Positions 1 to 13,777 of a stretch of 64,000 nucleotides of DNA are shown here, piece by piece. The DNA comes from Marsupella aquatica. Lineage: Eukaryota > Plantae > Marchantiophyta. The notes under the pieces were generated by a model. It saw only the letters and a list, made by a program, of their open reading frames with translations. It was not told the origin of the DNA and searched no databases. Position 1 is the first letter of the stretch. Each line of letters opens with the position of its first letter. The stretch lies in assembly GCA_973895155.1 (NCBI GenBank), contig OZ316896.1, forward strand, positions 20,838,152 to 20,902,151, given 5' to 3'. Both the position numbers and the translations under genes were made by a program.

Positions 1-113
1 TATGGACACAAAAAGTTATGGACTATGAATTTGCCATCAGATTGGTTGTATGCCATAACCAGTTTAGCCTTACACTTCCAGTTGACAGCCTTGCTATGGA
101 TTATAGTATTATT

Positions 114-354
114 AGGGCGTCTGAAAGCTAACAATTTGATGGACCTTACTCCCTCATTGCAGGTTACGGGCACAAAAAGTTATGGACTATGAATTCGCCA
201 TAAGGATTGGTCATATGCCATAACCATTAGTCATTGTAGAGGCTGGTGACAGAGAAAACAAAAAGATCTTTGACATAACCTTGTGAAAAAAATTAGAACC
301 ATTCCTTTATGTCCAAATGACATCTTCCATAATTTATAAGCTTTGAGACCCCCT
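114..354. mobile_element. Non-autonomous PHIS/Pangu-like MITE (241 bp)
   Basis: TIRs AGGGCGTCTGAAAGCT / rc AGGGGGTCTCAAAGCT (14/16); ATT on both sides (111-113, 355-357); TIR resembles that of the 24507-30629 element. Confidence 0.7.
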
Positions 355-1879
355 ATTGAGATTGCAAGGTGTGAACATGGATTTCCCAGGTTATTTATTA
401 CCTTGGGATCAAATTGGTTCCTGATCAAAGAAAAGGACAATGGGGGCCAGGTCTGGTCTGGGTTACTAGCATGTAACAATGTGACCAGAAAGTGAAGAAA
501 ACCTGACATGCCTCTAGGAAGTTTTGGTTGAACCTAGAATTCCTCTCCATAGTAACACTATAGTACATGACTGCTAGAAAAAGGTTATAGTACATGACTG
601 CTAGAAAAAGGTTACTTTTGGGCAAGAGATTATGGGAATATTATGTACTTCCAAAAATGGTTACACTCATTCCCTACAGTAATTACATGTAAAATAATAA
701 ATAGCGCCCAGCTCAGAGACAATCCCACAGGCTAAAGACCCACAGAAGGGGCAGGCAAACAAAGGGTCTAAAGGCCAGAGCAACAAAGGAATGAGATCAC
801 AACAAAAACACCCAGGGGAAAAAAGACCAGAAACCCTATTGCTCCGCAGACCAAAGAGAGTTTAGCTCAGGGGTGAAGTGCATAGGAGAGTCTAGCAAAG
901 GAATCTGTCTCGATTCCCTACAACTTATGGTCTCCACCCTACAAAAAATAGTGAATCCCTGAGCCCTCTCAAGTGCAGCAGACACCCTGTGACGAAAAAA
1001 GGCGGTGATAACAGAAAAAGGTGATAACAGAAAAAGGCGGTGATAACAGACACAGGGGTGTAATGCCTCCTCTCAACATAATGTACCATACAAGATCAGA
1101 GGAAATGGTCAAATGTTGGGTGTAAAGCCCCAAAACCCTCCATAGCAAATGGGTATAATAGATCACTAGGGTAACCACGCATAGCATAACCCTCCTTAAA
1201 GCTGCACAGTCCTTGCAGTGGCATGGCCAGGTACATGAGCAGTCGCTGCAACATTGGTCAGATTTGTGATCTCCTCGCCAGGACGAATGGGGTTGAAAAA
1301 AATGAGACCAGAGCCTTTCACACGTTGATTCTTGACCTTAAACAGTGAAAACATGACGGCCCTTTATGCTTTCATTGGCAATCACCAGTTAGACCATACA
1401 AGATACTGGAAGCAAAACTCCATGAAAGTGCAGAGTTGTACAGAATCACGGAGAGTAGACCAGCAGTGGACGGTTCTGCGCTTCCACCATGCTTAAAACC
1501 AAATTGAACCGCTGTGGGATGGAGGAGAGTATCTCATTAGGGAGAAATTCAATGAATTATTTCTAAAAGTACACAGATCTACAAGGGATGAGGTATTCCA
1601 CCAAAATTGGTCACAGCTCTGATAAAGCCAAAGAATGAATGGGACGAGTTCAGCTAGTTCATACATCAACGTTCTGTCGTAGCAGAAATTTGATGACTAT
1701 TTTCAAACTCATGACAATGCGCCTATCCCTTGACCAGGTCAATCGAGAAAGAACAACTACCAATTATTGAGCAAGAATGCTGGGGTTCAAAGGGCGCTCG
1801 AGTAGAGCACAACCTAACAACCTCCCGTTGGCACCTCTCGGACGACTTTCACTCATCTTATCAACTGACGGATGATATG

Positions 1880-3877
1880 TCAGGAGATAGAACACTTCTC
1901 AGGATCAGAACTTGAAGTACCACCATGGTCTCGCTCCACATGATTAACTAAGGATATAGCGTCATTGAACCCTCTTCCACATTTTGGACATATATCCAGC
2001 GGTTCCTGGGGACTTGCAACTCTCCATTGGCCAGTAGTGTGTATTCTTTCTGCATGTTGAATGAGCTCGCTTACTGTGTTGAACGTCGCTCCACATTCTG
2101 AACACAACTCTCTGGAAGAGGAGTTGTTTGCACGGATAGGTACCCCTTGTGGAGCCTGGCTCACAGGACTTTGAATTCTGTTCACATTACCCTTCATTGT
2201 GTTCAACCAATCACTTGTTGTTGAGCCTAACCTGCTCATACTCTTTTCCACAGTCGATGCAGCTGTCTGAAAGCCTGCACGAAGTGCTTGGGATTGGGAC
2301 TGGGAAGTTGAAGATACTGCAGGCCCTTTTGCACTAACCGCTGTAGGGGCCAATGTGGCCTTTTTGCTGAAATTTTGTAAGAACTTGTTACCGAAAAACG
2401 AAGAGTTCTTCGCAGCATCAGCTTTCCTCAGTTCCTGGCAGTTATGATCAGCACCAAATCGATGTTTCAAACAAACCTCCCGTCCACAATCTTTGCATCT
2501 CACTTTGTTGGAAAATGTGAGAATCTCTTTGCAACCTGGAACGATGCACCTCGGCTTTTTGGTGGCTTTGGTGTAATTGCTGGGATCACAATTTGTTTGC
2601 ACATGCCTTTCCCACGTTACATTGGGATCCTCTTGGGCTACTAAACGCACCCCTTTCGCACATATAGGGCACACTAGAACAGTGACGTCTTGAGCATTAG
2701 CTTTGGGACAGCTATGATTTCCATACGTTCTGTGTTCTAAGCAAAACACCTACACACAACACAGCAACATGATTCACTATAGTTAGAACATTTTTTTTTC
2801 CTACGGACATAGGACTTGACAGTAATCTTCCATAGTGACGCTGAATAGATTAATCACATCAAATTCGTATGTGGGCGAATAAAGAAGGTTTTTTAAGCAC
2901 TCACAGGGCAGAGAACAGCTTAATATAAACACAACGATGATACAGCCACACATACATCCATAGCTCGCAAGAATAAGGCCCGTGCATACATAAAAGTGGT
3001 TTCAACACCGATACTAGATGGTAATATCCACAACAGGTATCACGACGTCTACGCATTCCTACCATAGGTTTAAGGTTGGATTCTTCATAGAGGTGGGTGT
3101 AGATTAGGAACGTGTGGTAGTCACTTTCAAAGACTATCTATATCACGAGAATTGAGAAGCAATTTGATAGACGGATATTGTCGACCATAGAACTTGAGCA
3201 AACTCGTAATGAGATGCAGCGAGCAATGACTCAGACTCTTTACACCTTAATATCAGATCGATCATTCGGTCAACGCCCCCCATTCTTTGACCATGGAGTT
3301 CAAATGCTAACAGGGCGAAAGAAACTGTGATATTAGTTCCGATCAGCCCTCAGCAGCCTTGTCCTCCATACTGACAATGAACTCACTGACATTGCCATAA
3401 TCTTTGTACAGGTGTTGCCAATTTAAAACACCTGGATAATGACTTACTCGCTGAACAAGGGCAACATCCCTTCTTCAGCTGGGCTTGCGACTTTAGACTT
3501 GGATGGCTCTTTTAGGGCAGTATCAGATCGTACGACCACAAAAATGGAGTAATCAATGTGACGGCCCATAGAGTCTATCTGATGTACACAAAACTGAAGT
3601 GTCCAAATTGAAGCAACGGGATGGGAAGTCAGAGACACATTAAGCAGGTGCTAGCGTAAAGAGACTTGACCTTAAAACCATTCACATGTTCTTTCGATCA
3701 TTCATTAATTCATTTCAACCATTAGCTAAAAGAAGACCAGCCAGGGCAGGAGAAAAATGTATGAACCGTTAGGCTTACGTGTTTGCAAGCATCACAAGTA
3801 AACGGCAGAAAGTCGACAAGGCTGCATTCGCGAACCGCACAGTGTTTTCCAAGATCCGGAAACGCAGGTGTCCCCAT
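1880..3877 (-). CDS. SAP11: AN1- and C2H2-zinc-finger stress-associated protein (SAP11/13/16, ZFAND2-like), 2 exons: 3877-3779, 2749-1880; 322 aa
   Basis: Exon 1 MGTPAFPDLGKHCAVRECSLVDFLPFTCDACKH ends at GTAAG; TAG acceptor at 2752-2750 joins in frame to VFCLEHRTYGNHSC; second AN1 finger (RCIVPGCKEILTFSNKVRCKDCGREVCLKHRFGADHNC) and two C-terminal C2H2 fingers. Confidence 0.93.
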
Positions 3878-3989
3878 TCTCAGGATCAGTAGTTAAGTTC
3901 AGTTCCGTCAAAATCAGGCAGCTCCAGCTCCTATTGCGCTTTCTTCTGCTCTTCTGCTCTTCTTCGTCTTCTTGTTGTTTTTGTTGTAG

Positions 3990-4050
3990 TCCTACTTCAC
4001 CTAATTCTTCTCTTCTTCTTCTTCTTCTTATTCTTCTTCTTCTTCTTCTA
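3990..4050. repeat. (CTT)n/(GAA)n microsatellite upstream of the SAP start codon
   Basis: Imperfect CTT run seen directly. Confidence 0.7.
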
Positions 4051-7000
4051 TATCCTCACAACCTTCCAAGCGACAGGTTCTCCAGAGCACGATTGACTTT
4101 CGGACTCAATCCACAACAACGAATCCATCGCCTGCCTCCACATCAACCAGGGCAAACCAATCCCACCCGGATTCACTCACTCAATCAATCATTCCACGAC
4201 CCAACCGCAGCCAGCCTCCTCTTCTCTCCGCACCTATCCCTCCATCCACTTCAGAAGAACTAAATCGATCCAAGCCACCCAACAATTGGGTTGGGATCCG
4301 AGTCGCAAGAAACGCGTGCGTCCTCAGCTACCCATCTATCGGTCCATCCACTTCCGGAGAACGAAATCGATGAAAGACAAAAAAGAATCGGATTCGACTC
4401 GTTTCTCGTGCCTCCTGAGCTTCTTCAGTTCCGCAAACTCTGCCTTTGACGATCAGCCACACAGGGACCCGTCTTCCTCCTCTCCTTCCTCACGAATTAC
4501 ACCACAATTGAAATCGGATGCAGTGCATCTGCCGGCGAGAGGCAACGAATCTGTTCTCCCAAGTCTACCTGCCTTCATTCAGCGATCACTACAGTAATTG
4601 CGCTCAGTAGTAATGTCTTGTTTCGTTTCCGGAGCACTGTGGGCCATAACTCCCCCAAAAAGAGGGTTTTAGCTCGAGTTTTGACTGGTTATTATTGCTC
4701 ACTAACCCAATGTCCGTCAGTTGCACACTATTTTTTAGAGTAAGTAAGGTCCAAATGGGGTCATTGTAGAGTACAAGGAAACAGTAAAACATTCACTCTC
4801 ACTAACAAACTTTTTCCTCACATGACCCTTATACCCTTATTTTTCTATATCCAACTGCCTTGCTAACACTAACCTGGTTGGTAACATCCATTTTGGGCAA
4901 GGATAACATCCATTCCTGTTTTGACTAGCCAACTTGCTATCCTTTTGAAGTCTTAAAAACCCACTAAACATTTAAAAGGCAGCCAAAAGCAAAGAAATTT
5001 AAAACCATTACTTGCTCACTAACAACACTCTCCTCGCTATCAATTTTCCTCTTTGCTTGCCTTATACAATACCTCGGTCCAAATGTTATGGAGGATGGGG
5101 TAGTTCAACCTTGTTGCTGTGAGTGTGAATCTAGTTCACAACTATATAGAAGTGTGCAAGCTGTAGGAAGACGGGCGGGTTGGATGCAAAAATTGTCACC
5201 ATAGTTAATGGTAAGGAAGCTCCACTGCTGGAATGACATTTTGCAAAGAGACTGTGAGAAAACAAGAATGAGATTTTGTATTTAAGTGTTTAGATAATGC
5301 TCTCAGGCATTTCAGATTTTTAATTTTTGGTAAAAGTAGAGGAGAAGCTATTTTTGGGTGTGCATTTTCTCTATCAATACACTGAAGAAAAATCAATAAT
5401 GGCCTTTATATGTAGACTAAAATCTGGTTTCCATGGCATTGTATGCCATATGCTTCAAAAAAGAAAGTTCAAGTTATCTTACTTATAAAGCACCAAGTGG
5501 AAGCTAGAGTCAGGGTGTAAACTTCTACAATGAAGCCTCTAGATTGTGACTGTAGGGCCCCACCAAAGCATATGTGTATGTAAAGAAAGTGTACATAAAC
5601 ATGAATGAATGATTGTTTTTTAATTTTATTAATATATTTAAAGAATGAGAATCTTAATAATAGAGCATCAACTACAAGCTAGAGTTGGGGTCTTACTAGG
5701 CTTAGAGAGTGAAGTCTCTAGACAGTAACTCCATGGCCCATCACGTGTATAGTAAAACTCATGACTATGATATATGTCAGATGATAATAATACATTTTTT
5801 TGTCATGATTTTTATTTATATTCAAAAAATAGACTCTATGGCCCCAACCATAACATCTGTGCATAGAAAGGAGGACTATATGTTATGTATGATTATTAAA
5901 ATGACATTTGACATGCATGATTTTTTTATCATTTCATTAACCATCAAAGAATGTGAATAGTGAATATATTTTGGTGACGTATTTATTGTCTTCCTTGCTA
6001 TTCACGTTGAAAGAAAGAATGGGTAGTCGGGGCTCATTTGGAATATATTTTGTTACATTTTATTGTACTCTCCTCTACAAGAAGGTGTAGTTGGGGCTAG
6101 TGAATAACTAATATTGACCTTTGTGATTTTTTTCTCTGTAATTGTCACTGCAATATTGGAGAATTCTTTGTAATCTCAGGACAATATTGGAGGAAAATAG
6201 TCAAGATTTTGATCAACTTAATATGACTATCCTCCTTCTACTAGAATTCTCTTAGTTCTTGCATGTGTTAAAGTCTTGTTACCAAAGCATTACATGCAAT
6301 ACTACTCTAGTCCCTCAAAACTCAAGTCAAAACTCTCTTGTTGGGGACATTATGGCATCTGTAAACAGGAATTTCCTATGTAACTTTAAATTAAAAAAAA
6401 ATGTTTCAATTTACTATATACCTAAACTCTCCTTCGTGTATTTTTTCATGGAAGGCTTTGGGCCATAGCCAAACTTTTTGTATAGATTTTAATTGACTCC
6501 TTTGTATTTTCATGGACGTTTATTTTTTCATTGGAGGCTATTGTCCATGACCCCCTAAATTCTCCGTGTGAGTTTTAATTTTTTAATTTTTCAATGACTC
6601 ATTGTGAGCTTTTCTGTGTACTTTCACCGAAGTTTGTATTCTCATTGAAGGCTGTGGGCCATAATACCCCTCTCCCCAGTCTTCTCAAGATTCTCTCTTT
6701 TGAATATAGATCTCCTTGTCTAGTTTTGTTTGTAATTTCAATTGAATGTTGTGGGCCATAACCAGCTCACTATTCTGGCCCATATTATCGAGCAATCTTT
6801 AGAAGCCATCACACTCTCAATTCGTCATGATCACAACGATACTAGATTGGTTGGCAAACCTTTTCCCTTCCAACTATTATAATAAGAGCATGTTCCATTA
6901 GATATCAAGGGAGATATTGAAGGCATGCAAAACTTTGCTGAAAGCACTTGACAATGCAAATTGCATGGGTCACAGGATCCCTCAATGGGGAACATTCTTT

Positions 7001-8199
7001 TTCTATTTTAGGCATTTTGATGCACTTTTCCTTATTTGTTATATATTTATTTACCAGGGAGACGGATGTTTGTTTCTCTAGTTTTCCTAGTTTGGGCATT
7101 TTCATAAATTATCCTTATTTATTATTTAATTGATTTATATGTTTATCAGGGAGATGACCGATTGAAGCAAGAACAGTCACAACGCGCACCAACGCAAGCA
7201 AACGCGCGATAGGCACAGCTGTCGCGCACTCCAACGAAATGTGCATCCGCTGACGTTAAATCCATGTACATCTAAGGGTCTCTGTGGCTCGCGCATTTCT
7301 GGGAGAGCCATCTGACCGTAGCTAATTTGAACGTATTCCACTACAAGTGGTGTAATTTCTTTATCTCCAAGTTTGCTCGACGCTCGGTACCTTTTAAGCA
7401 AGCAGTGCCGACGAGGCCAATCGTGCCGTCAATGCAAAGTTTTTCCCATGCGACTACCGTAGATTCCCCATAGAGCCCTCCCCCGGGCTTAACCTTTAAC
7501 CTCTGAACTGCGACTACTTTCTGTGGTGCTTTGTACGTAAATTATTGTCCCTCAAGATCTGGCAGCCCTTTGGAAACCTCCGCGGTATTTAGAGCATTCC
7601 CACCCCTTGTGGTGATGGGATATAGTATTGGGGTCTATGGCAAGGTCAGGTGTGGGCGGAATCCACAAAAAAAATCTGCAGTGGACCTTCTGGTAACCAT
7701 TTTATTGGCAGAGTTGCCATCCAGATAAATAAGTGCCGGATGGCAAGGGAGGCTAGTGCATCCTCAAACTCGCCAAGTGGACAGGGGCAGTGGGCTAAAA
7801 CCACAAGTTCCCACATAAAGTAATCCAGGTAGCCTGTAATACTCATAGAAGGCTCAGTGGGGAAAATGCAAACAATAAGCCTCTTGCTAAACTCATCATT
7901 GGCCATGCATTTAATTAGAGCTACCAATTAGTCCGGTGACCTGTTGAGATAAGCCTCATGGTAATTGCACATCAAAATGGGACAATATATTGTATTCTAT
8001 GTCACTCCATACCATGACAGACCCAATTATTTTCTTCAAATCATTTTGTTAGGAATAGATAGTCCACTCTAAATCTGGCTGGAGGGTAGTACTGTTTTCT
8101 CTAGACAAGTGGTAGCTTTTGGCAAACCCTTTACCCCATTTCAGCTAAAATTTGCTAGATTTTTTGGTCACATTAGCCAGTTTAACACCAAATGTAGAC

Positions 8200-9700
8200 T
8201 GGCTACATTTGGAGATGGTGGACTGTAGAGTTGTTCCTAGCTTAGCTGGAGTCGCTACACTTAGACTGTGGTGGACTGCAATTTTCTCCTAGTTTAGTGG
8301 TGGTCCAAGATCTAGTTGACGTTAGACACAACATGGTGGACTCTAGAGTTGTTCCTAGTTACAAGGAGTCTGGGGTCTAGTTGAACTTAGACACAGTAGA
8401 GTTCTCTATAATCCTCTATTGCCTGGTGAGTTCAGAGGGTGAAAAGGGGGTTGATTGATTACACAGGGTGCGTCCGCTTTGGAAGCATAATTAAAATCCA
8501 CTACAATAAAAGACAGGGCGGAAAAAAACAACCTTCAGGGGTGACAAAGCCGTAGTCACCCTCTGAACCTTGTTGGCATCCATAGCTTCGAGCAGCACAG
8601 CAAGGTTCAGCAGCAGTCGGGTAAGGTCCAGCAACAGAGCATCATTCTTTAGCAGAGCTTTGTTCTTCTGCAAGGCGAGGGCAGGTAGCCAGCAGCATCC
8701 ATTGGGACCTTGTAGTAACATTAAGGTGCAGAATAGAGGAGCAGCATCAATCGGAGCAACAATCAGGAGGGGAGCATCAATCCGAAGGGATTCACGTTGT
8801 TGCCTTAGAATAATGTATATGTTTATGGTCCCTGCTTGTTCTGTAATGGAGTATTGGAGGTGATCGTATGGCCGACCCGCGGGAGTGGGAAGGCATACGG
8901 AAGCCCCAGTACTCCATTAAGGAGTAATAGGGGACCCTAAATATACGTTAAGCAGTCATATTTTATTTTGACGACCGAGATTGAAACGCACATCTACAGG
9001 TTGGTCTCGCTCGTCTATCATGCGTATTCCATCATACTCCACTATCAAGTTTGTGTTTTCCGAAAAATCTGTATCCATAAATGTCATGCATATAAATACA
9101 CCCCTGATACAATCACAAATAATGAGATATAAAGCTGTATACGTGGCAAGCTGTGGGAAGCCAAGAGGCTTTCAAAAAACACCACGACCCTGCTGTGGGA
9201 AGCCGTGAGGCATTAAAAAAACACCACGACCCTTAACGTATTCATTTTGCTAGTGTTCACCGTGCGCTTTGACTAAGAAACCTTTTAATTGCCTACTTTT
9301 AAGGTAACTTAATTTTTAGAGTCACAAGGTGAATCGTCTGTATTTTCATGGGCTGCATTTACGGATGGACTGTAAAGTTTGTTCCTAGTTTAGCACCAGT
9401 CCGGGTCTACGTGAACTTAGACACGGTTGACTGTAAAGTTAGTCCTACTTTTGTCGGACTCCGTGCGGACTGCTAACTTGTTCCTAGTTTAGCAGCAGTC
9501 CGCGGTCGAGTTGAACCTCCGACACTGTGGATTGTAGAGCATTCCCTATTGTAGCGGCGGTCAGCAGTCGAGTTGAACCCTTAGACACGGTGGACTGTCG
9601 AGCTCTCGCTACTCTAGCGGCGGTCCGAGGTCGAGTTGAGCCTTAGACGCGGTGGGCAGTAGAGTTGTTCCTATTTTAGCGGCGGTCCGCGCTCTAGTCG
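8200..9700. repeat. Degenerate ~60-bp minisatellite in two blocks (~8200-8420 and ~9360-9700)
   Basis: Recurrent unit ~GTTGAACTTAGACACGGTGGACTGTAGAGTTGTTCCTAGTTTAGCGGCGGTCC; about 4 plus 6 copies separated by ~940 bp of unrelated DNA. Confidence 0.75.
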
Positions 9701-10351
9701 GGCTGTTGGAGGGACCCCCAAACGAGCGCTGTTCAGTCTCTGGCGGTCCGTTCTTTTTGTCGGCAGCGCCGAGCCCGAGGGTCAGAGGGCTCAACTTTAA
9801 GGATCGAGGAGGACGAGAGAAACGAGAGATAACAGAGACGACGAAAAGCAAGACGACAGTGTAGATGAGAAGCAAAACAACGAGCAAACCAACGAACGAA
9901 CGAACGAGCGATGCATTTGTCTCGAGACGCGTTTTGCTCATCTTTGCTCTTCAGTCAGATCTGAGGCCGGTGAATCGTCAGTGGAGTGAAGAGGAAGGCG
10001 AGCGCCCGTACTTCAGGCTGTTTCGTGGTTTTTAATCCGCAGACGAAGACGAAGACGAAGAAGAAGACGTCCGGTGTGGTGCGTGGAGAACAGGTCGATC
10101 GATCGGTAGGTTTACTGTACGTTGGAGTGGGTGGAGTTTGGTTCTGTGATTTCGGACATCGAAAGAGCGGGAATAGATTGATTGATTGGGTTTCGCTGCT
10201 GAGAACAGCGGAGGAAGGTTTGATTAGATCCGCATTGTTTTGGGTGATTTAGGTTTGAAAGCGTTGTGAGCGATCGGTTGGAGATTGAGAGAAAGAGAGA
10301 GGGGAAGGCAAGGCGAGGCGGAGGAGGAGCGCCAGATCAGATCGTCTCAAA

Positions 10352-10969
10352 ATGGCAGCAGGGGCGGTGCCGGTGTCGACCTCACCGGCGGGTGTAACAT
10401 CGACCGGAATAACCACAACACCCGCAGCGAGGGCGTTCTTCACCCATGTGTCGGAGGCGACGAAACTGGCCGTAGCACAGAGACGTCCATGGACGGAGAT
10501 GGCAGACAAGAACTCGTTCGCCAAGCCCGAGAACTTCAGCGAAGCCCTCACACGCGTTCGCAAAAATCTGGGCTATTTCCGGGTCAATTACCTCATCTTC
10601 CTCTTATCAGTCGTTGCCCTCAGCCTGATCACGCACATTGGCTCTTTGCTTACTCTGATCGTGATTGTGGCGGCATGGGGGTACCTCTACATGGTGAGGC
10701 GTGATCCGTTGGTCATCTGGGGGAGGACTTTCAATGAGAGAGAGATTTTGGCTCTCATGACGGTGCTGACAGTAGCAGCCTTTTTCCTCACGAACGTGGC
10801 GTCTTTGATCATATCTGCCCTTCTCCTTGGGGGAGGTCTTATTTCGGTTCATGGAGCATTTAGAGTGCCGGATGATCTGTTCTTGGACGACCAAGAAACG
10901 TCAGGAGGCTTCCTGTCGTTCTTGGGCACCGGAGGCCCACAGCCTCCTGCTGTCGTGAGCCATGTCTAA
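10352..10969 (+). CDS. PRA1B: PRA1 family (prenylated Rab acceptor) protein, PRA1.B-like, single exon, 205 aa
   Basis: RRPWTEM..SFAKPENFSEALTRVRKNLGYFRVNY, hydrophobic segments and HGAFRVPDDLFLDDQE are hallmark PRA1.B motifs. Confidence 0.95.
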   Translation: MAAGAVPVSTSPAGVTSTGITTTPAARAFFTHVSEATKLAVAQRRPWTEMADKNSFAKPENFSEALTRVRKNLGYFRVNYLIFLLSVVALSLITHIGSLLTLIVIVAAWGYLYMVRRDPLVIWGRTFNEREILALMTVLTVAAFFLTNVASLIISALLLGGGLISVHGAFRVPDDLFLDDQETSGGFLSFLGTGGPQPPAVVSHV

Positions 10970-12075
10970 AGAGAGCTCTGCCTTTTCTGGAAGTTTAGGA
11001 CGGACCCAGAGACTGGATGGGTACTGCTGGCTCAAAGTTCAACTTCATATGGCTCATGACGAATGTTTATGACCCGTGTGTACAACTTTTGGTATGTTAG
11101 AACTTCTGTTGCTGAGCAGGTGACGACGATCGGCGTTGTTGGATTTCCGCTTGTCTCCGGCAGTCGCCAGCACGATTATGGCTGATGTCGGCGTCCCCTT
11201 CGGCTGAGAATGGCACTGTCAGCTCAACTACTACAAGCGATGCTACGTTGTGGACAACAGATCTCCAATCGGTGTCGATTGTCTCCAGCCGGCGATTCTC
11301 ACAGGGCTAGATGAGAAGGTCTGGGTTTATATTATAGGTCTGCTGTATTTTTCGGACGTTTCTACGAGAAAGCTATAGGCTTGAAGACGGAAGTCCCAGA
11401 CAATTTTTTGGTCCATGTAAGGGCTACAAATTATAGAGAGAGCCCCATGGCGCTTTCAATGTACACACTAATTCTTCAATTCCACGTTGCCTTGATATCT
11501 GAGATTTTTCCCTCCAGTGTCTTTGGACTTGGAGACCAATTCTATGAAGTTGTGCTTTTGGTGCTTCAGTGGGATTCTGGGGAACTCAATGTGTAGTTTG
11601 GTTTGCAGCCTCTCTTTGTGATGTGTGCCGAAGGAGATGTGTAGATTGGCCAGTAAACGCGCCTTTAGAAGTCTTGTCATTCCGTTAAAGCTTACGACAA
11701 GGAGCCTCTGCGGCTCTATTATCTGACTTCTCTTGTTGTGGAAGTCTTGTCCTAGTTGTTTTGACACTTGGTATGAATTTGACAGCAGACTTTCAATTTT
11801 ATGATTTGGGATTTGCCCATCTAAGCGATTGATGACATCCTTGCTGACTAATCCTTGCGAGCGACAGTTTTATCATTCCGACAAGTGAATGGCCATTATT
11901 TGAAACATGCTTCATTTGCTTCCATCCACAACTCAAGGTAGCCGAGAATCCAACGTTGCGATATTCAGGAGATCTTTCTGACAATCTGCCCTGAGATTGT
12001 CAGGTTTCTTTAGATGAGGCGAGAAGCGTTTGCCTACACTTCCCGATCTCTGCACAGATTTTGCAGGGATACAGT

Positions 12076-12268
12076 GGATGCTGCAATTTGCGGACGGGTA
12101 GGGCTCCCTAGCAAAAAGGCGTCATGATCTTCTCCGGTGTCAATTCCGAGTCGAAGGCAAATTTGTTCAGGAAAACAGAGGATGCTGCACTTCGCGGAAG
12201 GATGGGGCTCCCTAGCAAAGAGGCGTTCGTGATCTTCTCCGGTTTCAATTCCGAGTTGACGGGAAATG
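12076..12268. repeat. Two-copy ~100-bp direct repeat
   Basis: GGATGCTGCA..GGGCTCCCTAGCAAA..GATCTTCTCCGGT.TCAATTCCGAGT at ~12076 and ~12180. Confidence 0.7.
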
Positions 12269-13777
12269 GCATCTACCTGCTACCCATTTGCATTGGGTTC
12301 TATCCCCTCTTCTGTCTTAATGCAATGGGGTTCCTCTCATGCAGTGTGTCATGCAATTTACCCCTGTATACTTATTTGAAGCGTTCTCCCTTTCCTCATG
12401 GTCACCCCATCTTTGTTAAATTTACTGAACCATCCAATGTCTCACTCTCCTGCATTGTGTCGGACAATCATTCCTTCCCGAAAGTATTATTGCATTTTGC
12501 AGTCCCTCCGCCTTTATGCGGCAATTACCCTTCTGGTATGGGTCGTCTCCTCGGGTTCATTGCCACACCTCATGTGGTGTAGTTTTTACTTGCCTCACAT
12601 ATTGTCTCCTCTTACCAAGCTAAACTTAACTCCCAGGTCATGTCTAATTTGGAGCGCCAAAGCCTACGACACTCACTTGCACGGACTTCAGGTCTCAGAA
12701 CTGCAGCAGTCCTTGCCCAACCTCAAATTTTTTGGGACAGGATTGATTGATTTTTCGCGCTGAGATTCTGATGCTAGGCTTCCAGTCAGATTTAACTTCC
12801 GAATTCTGCGCTTAAGGAAATGCTTGCTCACCTGAATGGACTGACGTCGCTTGCTGTGTAAAATGCTCGACAATTTATGCAAACAACCTCCGGAATCCGA
12901 AGGCTTGTTCACCTATGTAGTAAATACGCAAATCACGAATATATCCCGATCTGCAACTTTATGGACTTTTAAAATGATTTCAACCCGTGAAACAGTCCTA
13001 GCTAAGATTCTCTGCTTCTGACTTAGCACCCAAGTTCCAAAAAGGTCCCATTCCCAAGCTTCTCGACGCTGAAGCGTTAAGTTTACTCACTACTCACCAT
13101 TTAACATACTATTTCCAGCACAGACTCAACCGGCCAATTGAATCGACACCATTGGGTACGGAGAGTCCCATGCATTGAATGCTTTCGACCGAGGAGGGCC
13201 CACTAATGCCTCCTCCAGCTTCGCCTTCTCCTAGCGCAAGGAACATATCTATTACATTGTAGGGTTCCCGAATATGGACGACTTGCCAAAGATAATTTGA
13301 TGCCCGCAACTCACTCTCCTGCACCTAGAGCTGTCACGCCAGACTGACATGAAAAGCTTGGAGCGAACTGGTCATGAGACGCACGTACTTGTATTCTATC
13401 CGAAATGGGTTTAGGGTATTCATAAGCATGTACACTGCTCAGATCCGCATCATGAATCTTTTTTTACAGAAGCAAATGTGTCAATCATATAAGAAGTAAT
13501 TCCCCCACTTGAAACAGTAGAGAACCCGTTCACATGATCTCATGCAGGTGCTGCATGCAATCCGCATGAAAATAATTGTAAACTCGAAAACTTTACAAAA
13601 TTCATGATGAAGACCGCGATGAATTGAATTGTGGCCTGAATTATGACCGGACTTGTGACCGAAATTAAAGACTATATACACCGAACAACGCAGCTCCAAG
13701 TTGCACTCAGGGGCCATTTCATATGCAGAAATCTACAACGTAATCCATTTATTTCAATATATTACAGACAACATTTT

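Noticed and set aside
3868-4597. Plus-strand ORFs upstream of the SAP gene
   Set aside because: Antisense to the leader microsatellite and promoter; low-complexity translation
8200-9700. Minisatellite as a repeat-spacer array
   Set aside because: Variation is spread through the unit as ordinary divergence, not as unique spacers
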